Origin: Yuukianura sp. NJ FZ-2021
Lineage: Eukaryota
Assembly: GCA_046563655.1 (NCBI GenBank)
Contig: CM102285.1
Span: 5,022,001 to 5,086,000, forward strand
DNA: 64,000 nt
Direction of reading: 5' to 3'
Below the pieces are notes generated by a model, which worked only from the letters and a program-made list of their open reading frames with translations, ran no database searches and was not told where the DNA came from. Position 1 is the stretch's first letter. Every line of letters begins with the position of its first letter. A program made the translations under genes and the position numbers. Shown here piece by piece: positions 47,013 to 59,902 of the stretch.

Positions 47013-48797
47013 TTAACTTGAAGCGAACGTTCTATGTCTGTAACCTAGCTCATCATGATTAGGAAAAAGATTTTCGATTTGTCGATTGCTTTGTAAGCGT
47101 GCCTTTCGGGGTTTCTGTAATTTGACGTTCGTTCCTGAAGTTTTCTTATGTACTTTTCGGTGAGTGGCTAAATTGTGGTCGGTCTTAAATGTTGCGGAAC
47201 ATAGCTCACACATAAATGGTCTAAGATTTGAGTGATGAATTTGATGTTGTTTTAGCAGACTTGCGGTGGAATACTTGCGAGGACACAAGAGACAGGCATG
47301 TAATGGTTTATTGGACAATCCATGTACTTTGCCCTTATGAGAATTCATAGTATTGATGCGAAAGAAACTTTTCCCACATCCGTCGACGTCACACTTGAAC
47401 AGTTTCTCTCCATGTACTTTGATATGGTTTCTAAGAATGGAAGGATAAACGGCTTCAAAGGAGCAGTGAGGACAATGGTGTAGCTTTGCAACCCCTACGC
47501 GATGCTGCAACTTCTGATGAGATTTCAGCCTAAGCATCGACGTAGTGACCAAGGAACACTGATCACATTTAAAAGTGCGTTCGTCTTCGTGCTCCGTCAA
47601 GACGTGATTCTGTAGATCATACATGGTAATCAATTGAGCAGGGCAAAGCACACAGAAAAACGGATTCTCAGTGTTTCGTTCATGGAGGACTTCGTGTTCT
47701 GTAACCGCTTCCACAGTACTCAATCTTTTGGAACATATTTTACATTTGTGCATATGCGATCCACGTTCTGAAGATGAATAATTGTGCACTCTCCTCATGT
47801 GTTGCTTAAGTTCACGTTTACCAAACATAACCTTTCCGCAGACTTCACAAGAGGCTGAGACTGAAACGTTTTGAGGATGAGCGTCCTTTTTGTGACAACG
47901 CAGTTTAGCCTTGCCAACTACCATGGTTTGACAAACGTCACAAGTCAGGAGCTGTTTGTAATTTGATTTCAGTTTAGAGCTGGATGCTACTGGTTTTAAT
48001 TCGGCATGCTTTGGCGTTTGTTTTACGCAGGGGAATTCGATTTCGAGAAGGTTCATCTTTTCATCCGGCATCCAAAGCGGGTCGTCTTCATCAAGATCTG
48101 CTGAAACTAAGGACATGTTTCCTCCTGAATTGCTGTCTGTATGTATATGCAGATCAGAACAACGTGTATTTGGAATTAATGCTCCGTAGTCGACTTCGTC
48201 CTCACTAAAAAGTTTTTAAAAGTATTGATTAGTACTTGATTGCTACTCGTAAATAGAGCCCGAATATGACTTGCTGGAATCTAAAAAAAAAGTGTGCAGG
48301 GAAACGTGTGCTTTCTCATTTTACCGTTCAATTGCAGGATGACACGATGTCGTGGTAGAATTACTGATCTTAGGGTCGTGCTTTATTTCCACTACGTCTT
48401 CAGTTGGATTGTGGTGGAGTCGCATGTCAATTCCTAAAATTTCGACGAGTTTCCGCCGTCGACGCGACATTTTGGATTTTGTGCTATGTTGAACCATTGT
48501 AGCTTTGAGGCTTTGCTTCACCTCGCTGAGCTTTTTTTCCATTCGCGAAATCGCATTCATCATAAATTCTACGCTCGAAACTAGCTCATGACAGGAAAGG
48601 CAGTAAGGCTCCGTCTCTAAAACCTTCTGAGACGCTGGCGCGGTGACATCCAGCAGGGTACAAAGGCAGCTTATCCAAGACTTTCGTAACGAATGAAGTA
48701 ACTTCTGATTTTCTTTCGTGTACGCGGATGGATTGAATCCCAGCTGCCGTTTTATGGGGTCACCACATAAGAAGCACTCGCGTCCGCGTGTCACCAT
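47013..48797 (-). CDS. C2H2 multi-zinc-finger protein with an N-terminal zf-AD-like CxxC...CxxC domain
   Basis: Exon 48797-48325 (CFLC...YCLSC) splices in frame to 48204-47013, which holds ~10 C2H2 fingers (e.g. CELCSATFKTDHNLATHRKVH). An optional in-frame 45-nt exon lies at 48280-48236. Confidence 0.88.
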
Positions 48798-50675
48798 TTC
48801 TATGAGGTGCAACCAAGTGTATCTATACAAAAGTTCACATAATGTATGGTTTAATTTAAAAAAAAAGTTAACAAATTTTGATTTGAGTATTAATGCCGAG
48901 CCGATGTTGGGGTGCCGTGCCTATGAATTCAATGTCAATATTCAAAAACAAAAAGTTGATCACTTGATTTCTAATTGTTTCTAATAATAATAAAAGAAAG
49001 AGAAACAGTAATAAACAATGTGTCACAGCACAACAAACAAAGCCATGACAGGGCTGTCAAGTCACGAAAGCCTTGCAATCTTGCAAACAAAAAAAAATCG
49101 AATTTTCAAAGAATTTTCAAATCGAAATTTTTTACTTTTTCGAAATGTTTTTACTTTTTCCACTTCTCAGTTTCCCGGTTGTCTGTTCCCCTGTCCCGGA
49201 CCCACAGCCTACCCAAGTCTCCTGTGGAAAGTCCCAGTCGCCGGCTGTAGTGTGCCTGCGTTGCTAAAGGCGGCGGCCCTGTCTCTCCTACAAGCGACCC
49301 GTTCCACACCCATCTTGTATCAATACTGGAAGTACGCTCGAGTCGCAACCAGTGGCGAGCCGCTCTCAGAAATTGGTCATTGCAGTGTTGCCATAATTCC
49401 GATGTATTTTTCATGAGTTCAGCCTAGCGTAGCACAAGCACAGTGGCTACGTTTGTTTGTTTCAACTTCAAGTTTTTGAATTGTTTTCTAACCCTATGAG
49501 TATGGTTAGGGTTTGGTCGCTTTAAATAAATCTTAACATTTTGTTTTTCACTTTTTTTGGGAAAAATTCTTTCAGAATCGCGTTCAGCATATTCAATTTA
49601 GCCTACAAAAAAAGATTTTCATAGCAGAGAAAATTATTTTTATTTCGAAGTTTAGAAAAAAAAAAAAAAAATTACATCAAATTTTTTTTATAACTAAGTT
49701 TGGTTTTGGTAAAACAAATTTTGACTACTGGAAACAAAAAGCCTTATCCTAACACTCTGAAATTAGGGTTTGAAAAAGACAACCTGACTATATTTTATAT
49801 TATCCCAAGAGGTTAGGGATGGAGAACCCATTGATGCAAAGTAGCGAAATTACGTTTTCTATCGATCAAAAAAAATAAACGCATCTTTCTCTGTGGGAAG
49901 TCCGTCCCAATCCCGAACAACTAAAATGGAGCGGAAGCTGTGTCGCCTGGAACTGCGACCCATTCACAGTAGTCGCTAGAAGAGGAGACCCAGTCTCAGA
50001 GTGTCACGACTTTTCAGTTAGAGCCTGGTTCGCTATCTGTAGCGACTTTGGCATGCTGTTGGATTGGATTTGCTTTTTGTAAAAAAGATAAACAAAAACT
50101 GACATAAAAGACCAAAATCACACATAACTTGCCTAGCCTAGTGTAGTGTAATAAAAGGAAGACTTTTGCCTTTTGCTTTGTTTAATTAATTAAAATTTAG
50201 TTAACTTAAAACTAATTTGAATTTAGCAAACGTGGGAGAGTTTGGAATTGGGTTCAGAAGGCCCTTTCTGAGAAGGGACTCCTGAAGTGGTAAGTGTTTA
50301 TTTGTGGTACTTAACCTATGTAAATATTGATTAAACCGAACTAAACTTTGTGAAGTTGACTTTACATTTGATTTGGTTGGTTTTTTTGGTTACAGGCTAC
50401 AGGGTCAGTTACACGGGTCACACTGTGTCGTTCCTCATCTGCTGCCACGACCACTTCTACTTCCAGTCGAAAATCACAAATATTTTAAAAAGAAGTTTTT
50501 AAAGGAAAACTTTAAGAAGTACAGTTAGTTTTGTACCTAACCAGCTTAGCCAATAAATTAACGAGAAGTGCTCATCATAATCTTCTTCTTCACAAGAAGT
50601 ACGTACTACACAATTTAATTCGTTGAATTACGAACGACTTCGTCTTCGCGGTAGCCTGTTTCGCACAGCCAGGAC

Positions 50676-52698
50676 ATGGATTACCTTCCAAATGAGGTAA
50701 AGTTAATCTTAGTTACCAATTTGTTAATTTATTACCTATTCAACCTTATGCTCAACAAACTTACGTATTTTTCAGATACTGCTTCATATCATTGGCTATG
50801 TGAGGAAGAAAGACGTTCCAAAATTGCGTCTCGTGAATACACGCTTCAAGCTCCTAGCTACGCCACTTATACCAAAATTGTTTCAAGTGGACTTTAGAAA
50901 GGACTCGGACATGGTGAAGTTTGCGGAAATGTTTCAAAATAAATCCGTTGTGCCCTTTGAGAAGTTTGGATTCCGACAATCAGTGTCCGTGGAAGCGTTG
51001 AAGCAGTTTTGTCTCCAGTTTGCGAAGAATGTTAAATTCTGGCAAAATTTTGTGGGCGATCCTTCGAAAATGGAATTGAAACGCCGTGGAGATGATTCGA
51101 TTTCAAAAAACACTCTCAGACTCATGGAATACTACGTAGAAGAAATCAACTACTTGGTGGTTGCGGAGAAAAAGATTGCCAAAGTTAGTGAAATTCCTAC
51201 ACTCCGAAATTTAAATATAAATTAAATATAAAAAAAACCATCACAATCACATACCTCTGGTATGAAAACAACAAAGACGTCTTTCCGCTTCTGGATAAAA
51301 TTTTTCAAAATGCTTCAAACCTCCGGAACGTTTCAATCGAAAATCGTGGAACCACAACCTTAATCGCAAACATTTTGCATCAGTTGTACAAAATCAATGG
51401 AAACGTTCAGATTCAAAAGTTGGACTTGGCTTTTGAGCTTCCAGTAAAGAAAATGGAGGACCTCCAGAATTTGGTTGCAATTTCCACCCAATTCACGATT
51501 CTTGATTTGAAATTGTTCATGCTTTTAAAATCAAATTCAGATAGATTGCCTCAAACTGGGGAAATTTTGTCAAAATGGATTGAAAACCTGACGTCATTAC
51601 GCAAGCTTTCTCTAAAGCATGAAGACTGGAGCATGCTTCACTGGCACGAGCCTGAGGCTGATGAAGATGATCCAATCCCAATGGCAATACCGCTCCGTTC
51701 CCATGCAAATCTCCAATGTTTAACGGTTGACAATCTACACACTCCTATACTTCCACACATGCAATTTCCAGTTCTCACAACGCTCGACTACATGCATCGT
51801 GGAGAGGAGTTCAGTTTTTCTGGGTGTGTTTTTCCAAATGTGAAGTTTGCAAAGATCGATTTACGAAGCGAAGCAGATTGCGAAGAGTGGCCACTGGTGT
51901 TACCAAACGTTGAAGAATTGTATGTCTGGTCCGATACGTTGAAGGGAATATTCCGATTTCCGAAGGTCAGGAAGCTACACGTCCATGTTAACATTAATCG
52001 GCACGCTAGTAGGTATAATTATGAACTTCATAAGGAACACTGTTGGAACAACCTTACAGGAGATGCTGAACACATCTCGCGCAAACGAATCTGCAGTTTC
52101 GACCTAACAACTGTGGAAGCGTCGGACTCGGATTTGATTGATTCCTTTCGGAATTTGCCACGTAAGTGCTATATCTTACTAGGTACTATAACAGCTTGAT
52201 AATTTTTTAATGCTTTGGATTTAAAAAAAATGTTATGAATCCAATTTACAACAAAGTTTTACGTTCAATTTGGCTTGTATTTAATTGGCAAAATTTGGGT
52301 TTGCTTTTTTTTCAGACTTGACACATTTGAAGTTTTCTGATGAAAACATTGAGTGCTGGAAGGCCGTTATTTACGCAAGTCGAACTGGTCAACTGAGACG
52401 CCTTGAAATGCTGGTCTTCAGTTATACGTATTTCAAGGAAGTGAGTGTTGAATTACTTATATGTTGAATATTTATAACGCTGCTCTAACGTGTATCAAAA
52501 TGTAGTATAAACGTTATGATGAAATATTGAAACTTGAAAATAATGAAGTTGTGCTAAATATTTCAGAAAGATCAATACTGCTTGGAATTGTCAAAGTACC
52601 ACAACGCTACGATTGTTGCCGACGATTATAAAGATCCACCGTTTCTGTGGACTGAAGCAGACGATTTTTATTCAAATGAAGATATCGAATCCGAATGA
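50676..52698 (+). CDS. F-box/LRR-like protein (apparent frame break near 51225)
   Basis: MDYLPNE|ILLHIIGYVRKKDVPKLRLVNTRFKLLA is an F-box, spliced 50696/50776. LRR-like LTSLRKLSL, FPVLTTLDY and LPNVEELYV follow. Further exons at ~52316-52440 and ~52567-52698. Confidence 0.7.
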
Positions 52699-53425
52699 TA
52701 TTTAATATCATTTATGCACAAGCGCATCTACCCAAACTAATTTCCTTTTCGTATAAAGTTTTGTTACATAACTTATACAATTTACAAAGAACTAATTATT
52801 AAAGCTAGCTACTGTCATTTCATTTCGTATCGTTGATGTACGGTTTCCATTTTCGAACCGATTAATTTTTTTTATATTACAAAAAATCGACTTTCAGATA
52901 CCGAGTGACAAAATACAAGCGTCAGTTGCCTAATTTTTAAATGCAGAAAAATTTACAAATAACGCGAAACGACGAGGCCTTTTTTTTTTTTTTGCTGAAA
53001 ACAAAAAAATCTAAAGGTTCACCAACGCGGATCATGTAATTCTCGTCACGGAAACCATGGTTACAAAACATAAGTTTGACCACATCGCCTCTACCTTGAA
53101 AAAAAAAACACTTAAAAAAAAGACAGACACTTTCTTGGTTCGTATAGAAAAAGAACGTCGATATTTTCATTTTGGGACTCTTGAGCGTCGCGTCGATTTG
53201 GACTTGTTTCTACAGGAAATTTTGAATTCAGCAATGAATCCTTGAATGAAATGGTATGAATTCATTTCCAAAAAAGTTATGCAGAGCAGAAGCACAAAAT
53301 TTTGATGAATGATGAAGGTTTTGATTTTTGAATGGTAGGCAACGTCTTCCGTTGATGCAAAAGATAGTTACCTGCTAGAAGCTAGAAGCTAGAAGCTACT
53401 TGCCGAGATAGAAGCTCCTTGCTCT

Positions 53426-53740
53426 TCCGGGTGTTTTCGGAGTAATGGTGATCAATGCTGATGGATTGGCAATTCGGTCCAACTTGAGTCCCGAACCCGA
53501 AGAGACGCAGCGATACACGAGTCAGATTGCCCCGATGGTTGACATTTCATGCAGGAGTTGGCAGCCACCGATGGGGATGACTATGAGGTGGACACTGCGG
53601 TGCGGTAGGCGGGGCATCGGCTTGGTGGGGCTGGTGGACATGGACGCGGCTGGCAGCAAAAACTGGAGGAAGATCTGTCTGTCATTAGAATTCGGACGTT
53701 CAATTACGAAATTCTGATTTGCCCTTGCCGTAATGACAGT
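53426..53740 (+). pseudogene. Roadblock/LC7 (dynein light chain roadblock-like) fragment
   Basis: GVMVINADGLAIRSNL...TQRYTSQIAPMVDISCRS and, in another frame, EDLSVIRIRTFNYEILICP, matching the Roadblock pattern. No clear start codon. Confidence 0.6.
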
Positions 53741-53909
53741 TTATGTACTAAGTTTTTTCTTCCCGAAATTTTTTGAAACATGGAATTTACATTTGAAAGT
53801 TTTGGTTTTTTAGCGGATGGTAGTGAGTACGACATGGTGGCTCCCCAGAAACCACTGGTTGACGAATCTCAAGTAGAAGATGCTCCACTTAGGACCAACA
53901 CTAACAAAC

Positions 53910-54062
53910 GGTTCCATGCCATTGGTTCAACTGAATTGGTTCAAAACGAAATGGTTCACAAAATTTGTTCAATAACCTAACCTAAAATACACATTGAACC
54001 TAATATTTTTGAACCATTTCAGCTTTGAACCAATTAAAATTTTGAACCAATGGCGTGCTTCC
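53910..54062. mobile_element. 153-bp MITE with 9-bp TSD (Mutator-like)
   Basis: CTAACAAAC on both flanks, with TIR core GCCATTGGTTCAA / TTGAACCAATGGC. Confidence 0.8.
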
Positions 54063-54134
54063 CTAACAAACACATTATTACCTGAATCCGGAATTATTAT
54101 AATTATAATATTTTATTCAAAAGAATAACATATA

Positions 54135-55090
54135 CAGTGGCGGCCAAAATTATTGGGACACCCAGTGTAAAAATTTTTAAACAACGATAACTTTTTAACG
54201 AAGTATCATAATTAATAACTCGATACGTCATTTTATTCAGAAAATAGTTCTTTCCAATCTCCCAAGTTTTTAGAACTTGAAGTCAAGCGGTTTATTTTAT
54301 GGAATTTTTTAAACTCAAAACGTCAAAATTCTCGCGGACAAAATTATTGGGACAGCTGGGGTTTTGGAGCGAAATCAACAGTTATTGGCATTAGTTTTCC
54401 ATCGGTAAGTCACCTAACTTAATTTTTAGTACTTACTAACACTTGTAGTTAATTGTTGATTAGTTTTTCAGAGATGGTTGGCAATATCAAGCAAGTTCCA
54501 GGACCGATACGCGACCTAATCATTCAAGGTTGGGTTGGTGACGAAAATGGTACAAAATCAGTTCGTCAGCTGTCCGAATTGTACCACGTACCCAAGTCAA
54601 CGGTACATAACATCATACAAAGGTACCTCAAGACCGGCCATGTGGAAAACAAAGCCGGAAGGGGGTGTAAACCAATTCTTTATGAGAGGGAAGTTCGCCT
54701 GATCGCCCAGAAAGTGAAGCTGGACAATCGAGTAAGCGCCGTAGAACTGTCCAAAACACTCAAAAGTGACCTTGACACGAAGTGAGCCGAATTTATCCAT
54801 AATTCCGTTAATAAATTCCAAGGTTCCAGCCCCGTTTGAAGCCATGCAGCCCCAAACCATGACACTGCCTCCTCCGTGTTTCACAGTCACATTGAGGTTC
54901 TTTGGTTTTAAGGCTTCACCAATACCTCTTCGGACATATTTTCGTCCATCTGACCCCAAAACGTTGAACTTTGACTCGTCCGACCATAAAATTCTTTCCC
55001 AAAACGATACCGGCTTCATAACGTGTTCTTTTGCAAACTTCAATCTCTTGGCTGCATTCTTCTTTGACACAAGCGGTTTTCGCAACGGCT
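54135..55090. mobile_element. Rearranged Tc1-like transposon: left TIR and HTH on plus, DDE segment inverted on minus
   Basis: TA|CAGTGG TIR with an inner direct repeat AAAATTATTGGGACA (~54340). HTH ORF 54474-54785 on plus. KPLVSKKN...LWSDESKF...TVKHGGGSVMVWGCM on minus at ~55090-54790. No right TIR seen. Confidence 0.88.
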
Positions 55091-55535
55091 TGATTGTATT
55101 TGTGTATTTGAGTGTAAATTTCTTGATTAGCTTCAAGTTCGGTAAAGCATCGGCTGCTCTCATGAACCGTGGCATGTCACTACCGTGGCGTTCGTCTGAC
55201 GTGAGTGGACACCATGCACGACTGAACATGGCTGGAACTACTTGGTCCTTCCAGTGGTAGCAAACAGATCGCATGTTCTTTATGTCATCCAGACTCACAA
55301 AACTGCACAGTTTATCCACAATCTGAAATAAAAACATCAAAATCAATACAATTTCTAGGATTTTTAGAAATTCTTACAACTGCAAATTCTAAACTGCAAT
55401 TACAACTTTCAAAATTAATTTAATAAACGGGTGTTAATTATTTAGTAATAAAAGTTAAGTGGAGTTGTGGCTTACCAGCTGATTTTTGAGAACCAAATCG
55501 TAAACTGATGGCTTCGAATCCATGTCCAGTTCCAT
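54597..55535 (-). CDS. Chimeric ORF: F-box N-terminus fused in frame to a Tc1 DDE fragment
   Basis: Exon 55535-55476 (MELDMDSKPSVYDLVLKNQL) splices phase 0 to 55322 (IVDKLCSFVSLDDIKNMRSVCYHWK) and reads through the transposase segment without a stop until 54597. Confidence 0.65.
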
Positions 55536-56240
55536 TCTCTCAGCAATTACATTCTGAACTTCCGTTCTTTGGCCCAATTGACCCTCGGCGTGATTTGTCT
55601 TTCTTCGTTTTACCTCAATGATTACGAAATTAGTTGAAGTTGACCAGTGTAAAAACGTGTTAGTTCAATAACACTTTGGAATTGTGTTTTCCAATGATTT
55701 AAAATCGTGTGTCCTGTCAACCAATCAACCAACCTCCTCTTCTTGCTTAACCCGTGACCTATCCTTCCCTTCGTTTCAGTTTGACCTCGAGTTCTTGAGA
55801 AAAATACACAAAAGTACACATCTATTCTCTAAATCAAAGTACAACTTTGGTTCGTCTTACCTGGTATAACTGAGCTCAATCAACTTCAATCGGTTTGTAG
55901 TGGAATGAGTGTTGCACTCGTATACTGGAAACTGGAGAAATTTTTTTGTAAATAAATCTGGAATAACGGTACGGGTAACACTGTTTTCTATTACTTGACT
56001 ATTACGGCATTCACGTGTTTACGTTTTTATCTGCATTCAGACTTCCCTCTTACAGTACCGCGTTTGAAAATTCCGTTTACTTCTACCAATGACTCGTCAG
56101 ATGGGGCTAGCCATAGGGTTTTAAACTATCATAGCTTTTCAATTGTTTGTGCAACTTGATTAACCTTTAACAAGCCCCTTGCACTTGAATCTCCATATTT
56201 CACTGACGACGAAAATGTTTCCTGGTTATTGACTAATAGT

Positions 56241-56630
56241 CAGTGTTGCTGGATATTCACTTTTCCGACATTTCATCCACGGTAGATATCCAGTGGAAGA
56301 AATGGACGAAATGGATGAATCCAAAAGGGCGGAGCTATGCCCGCGGGTTATGAATAATTTGAAAATAATCAGAGGAAAGAAATAAAAACAACTACGAAAG
56401 CAACAGCAAAGCGTGCTAAAGCACGTTCTAATAACAAAACCAATTAAGCAAAAGCGGTTTAAATAGTTAATTTAATTATTATATAATATTTTATTTAAAT
56501 TTATTTTAAATTCGCGCTGAACTCAGCTGATTTCTTCCATCCACCGTCCAGTAGGACCCCATTTCATCAACTAGATATCCAGTGGAAGTAGCAATTAAGC
56601 CACTGGACGTTTAAGCATCCAGCAACACTA
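56241..56630. mobile_element. hAT-like MITE, same family as 21043-21283
   Basis: CAGTGTTGCTGGA ... TCCAGCAACACTA, with CTAATAGT repeated at both flanks (2-nt offset on the right). Confidence 0.75.
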
Positions 56631-56694
56631 ACCTAATAGTAGTTGATTTTCTAAACCAATGTTGAAAATATCACAGGATTTTGTTTTTATGTAG

Positions 56695-58378
56695 GAAACT
56701 TAGTCTAGGTGTGTACAATCCAGAGCAATCCTTGGGTTTGTTGCATAGTTACAGAAGCGTAATTACATAAACATAAAATAAGCCAAATTTTGAACAGCCC
56801 TGGTGGTATTTTTAAAACACATCAACCTGGGTTTCTGTTGTAGACAATGCTTCTGCTTATGTTACACCCATGATACACTTTCTGGATAAACATGGAAACG
56901 TCTTCGAACCTGATGGATGGAAACCCGGTTGGTATAGTAGATCAGGGTTATTTTAATTCAATATACTATTAACTCGGCATTTACACTGTGATATTCTGTA
57001 TAGCAACCCTACTAGTTTTGGTCAGCACGCGTCACGTAACATCTTCATTACACTCCCATTTGACCTGAACGAGCATTTGGATTTGCTACTCCATAATGGC
57101 AACCTCAGAATTCAATTACGCCTTGTACGGAATCCAGTGAAACAATCCGGCCTAGGATCAAAAATACACGACTGCATTGTCCCGTCTTCGTTGAGTTCCG
57201 ATTTTAGTCTAATTTTTCAAAATTCAACTTTTTCTGACGTTAGAATTTGCTCCGGAACAAAATTATTTCCAGCTCACAAAGCCATACTAGCCGGTGCGTA
57301 CTATTCAGATCAAATAAGAAACCGCAAAAACACCTGCACGATGTCATGTGCTTTTTCCCATAAGGAACAAAGAGAAATAAAAAAGCTACTTTCTCCATTC
57401 CTTTCCTGCAAAAGGAGGGACGTTCTTTTGTGACAGATGTCTTTTCCAAAAACAGCAGAAGATTTGAAATTGCGCGGTATGCAGGTGTTACCAGCAATAA
57501 ATAATTTTTTCTTAAAGGAAGAACCCACCTAAAAATTTTTTTTTGGCTGCATGCCGCGCAATATCTAATCTTCCTCTCTTTTTGGAAAAGACATCTGTCA
57601 CAAAAGAAATTCCCTCCTTTTGCAGGAAAGGAATGGAGAAGTGAGTAGGTATTTTTTTTCTCTTTGTTCCTTATGGGAAAAAAGCACATGACATCGTGCA
57701 GGTATTTTTGCGGTTTCTTCTTTGATCTGAACAGTATTTCGTTATTTTTGTAGTTTGGTCTTTCCATGCTGTTTTAAATTTATTTTACATATTTGATTGA
57801 AAATTGTTTGAAATTTATTCAAGTACGAAGCCCAGTGTTCAAGGCCATGTTAGAAGCTCCAATGAAAGAATCATCGTCCAGCTGCGTCAGAATTGATAAT
57901 TTTTCTCCAGAAATTGTGAAAGGAATGTGGAACTACTTGTACTCTGATGACGTCACTGTGGTCACTCCGCTACCTGCTCCAAAATTTATACAGATTTCGG
58001 ATTTCTTCAACCTGGACAAATTGAAGTCGGAGGCAGAGGCAATTTGATGTAAAAATTTAACACTGGAGAACGCTGCGGAGGCACTCATTCACGCTGTAAC
58101 CTACCCACTTGTCGCCCGCAAGTCACACGCGATTGACTACATTGTTTTGTGAGGCTTTAGAATTTCAGAAAAAAAATTCATAATCACACAGTAGCAGAAG
58201 ATTAGAAATTACAATTAGAAAAATTAGGCAATACAGTATTATTTGATGCTTCTTATATTTTTTCAAGGAAAAACGTTTCCCTTGAAGACAGTCCAGAATT
58301 GGAACGTCTTGCGCACGCAAATTTCATGGATTTTCTGCAACTCGCTAAAGATGAGCGATTAGCATCAAAAGTCCCCTA
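56695..58378 (+). pseudogene. SPOP-like BTB/POZ(-BACK) gene with an in-frame stop
   Basis: FSDVRICSGTKLFPAHKAILA|VRSPVFKAMLEAPMKES (splice 57293/57824), then LDKLKSEAEAI*CKNLTLENAAEALIHA. The 5' end is not resolved. Confidence 0.75.
57301..57734. mobile_element. TA-flanked palindromic MITE with ~150-bp arms in the BTB gene intron
   Basis: 57301-57450 is the reverse complement of 57580-57734, with TA on both sides. Confidence 0.88.
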
Positions 58379-59902
58379 ATTAATTGTAGTCGTTACCAAG
58401 GTTGGTAAATGTTTACAAGGTAGGTCTATTTATTCAAATTCAATATCGAAAAATCAATACTCAAGGAACGAGAAAAGTTGAATACCGACAACGTTTGTTG
58501 AATACCGACAACTAAAAAAAAGGTTTTTTAAGCAGGACCTACGGTTCAGCACTGATGCCGTATACAAAGAATTTGTGGAACTTTGGTGCCAAGGTAAACA
58601 AAACTGCCTCAATAATTTCACAGAAAGATGCTTCGTCATACTAATTAATAAATATAATTAATACTAATTATAATATTCACCATACTAATAAAAAGTAGTC
58701 TTCCCAAGTCTTACCCCACAAAAGTGTTCCTGTATACGAGATAAAACTGCAGTAAAATTTTCAGATTTTTTTTCAACTCTAAAGGTGGCCGAATTTTTTT
58801 TCTTGAAAGTTTAGCAATTTATTGTTACAAATTCAAAAAGAGAGGCATTTGCCAAATCCTTATACACGGTTTTACCGCCAAGCAGTCCACCATCACTTGA
58901 GTACTTGTCAGTGCGGCTAATTCCACCAACTAAATGCTTTCTCCGATTTCAAACCAAACAGGCGGGAAACGACGAGTTGTGCGCGTAATTTCGAATTATT
59001 GTTTCTGAAATTTCGAAGACGAGTTAAAATCCATGTCAAGTAAAGCAAAGTTATGATTGAATAATTAATTAAATCCTTTGTTAACATTGAAAAAAATTAC
59101 TAATCGCAAATAATCAATCAAACAAATACGTTGTTGCGTGTTTCTGTTGGAGGTATGATACCTTGCCGCGCAATTTATGCAAAGAAAGAAAAATTCCTCC
59201 CCACCCGCGAGAAAGTATTTACTGGGGGTAATTAGCCGCACTATCAGTACATTCGACGGGCAGTGCAAACCGTTGAGCAGATTCTAGGGGATCGGAGTCT
59301 CTGGCCAAATTTCAGATGGGCAAACACTTTTGATGCTCGAGTTGAGGTCTGTTTTAGTAGAATTTAAATCAACAGAAAGTTTTCAGATGAAAAATTAAAG
59401 TTTTTGAACATCTACACATTTTGACATTATAGAATGGCAAACTTTACGAAGTTTTTCCAAATCAATCCGCATTTGGCACTGTATATGTATTTCATATAAA
59501 CGAAGTCTTAATGATGAAGGGAAAGGTTGCATGTCACACGACAGAATCCACAGTTTCCTATTTTATATAAGTTGTATAACCTAGTGTACAACCTCTGTTT
59601 ATATAAGTTCCTATTCCGTGTTTTAATTTATGAGGCATATATTCAGCGACTAAACCTACGAGAAGGCAACCTCATCAAGGTTATCTATAACAAAAGAACT
59701 GTTTGGCCTGACGTGAAGACTTTGAATTGTCATAAGTCACAGTCTTTGTCTGGGTATTGAACTAAAATTATCTGAACTAGTTTCAGTTATCTGCGATAAA
59801 GATAAAAACGATTACGGTGCCCGGGATCGAACCAGCAGCGTCACCGCCGGCAACAAACAGAATCAAATTTTTCTCAGACATTTCCACATTCTACTTGCAA
59901 CT

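Noticed and set aside
49018..49416. 132-aa ORF upstream of the zinc-finger gene
   Set aside because: No domain signal, and it lies in repeat-like sequence with overlapping short ORFs in several frames.
57240..57767. 175-aa minus-strand ORF
   Set aside because: It spans the palindromic MITE and is an artefact of the inverted repeat.
59815..59850. tRNA-like GGTTCGATCCCGGGCACC on the minus strand
   Set aside because: Only a B-box/T-arm-like fragment. I could not build a cloverleaf, so at most a SINE remnant.
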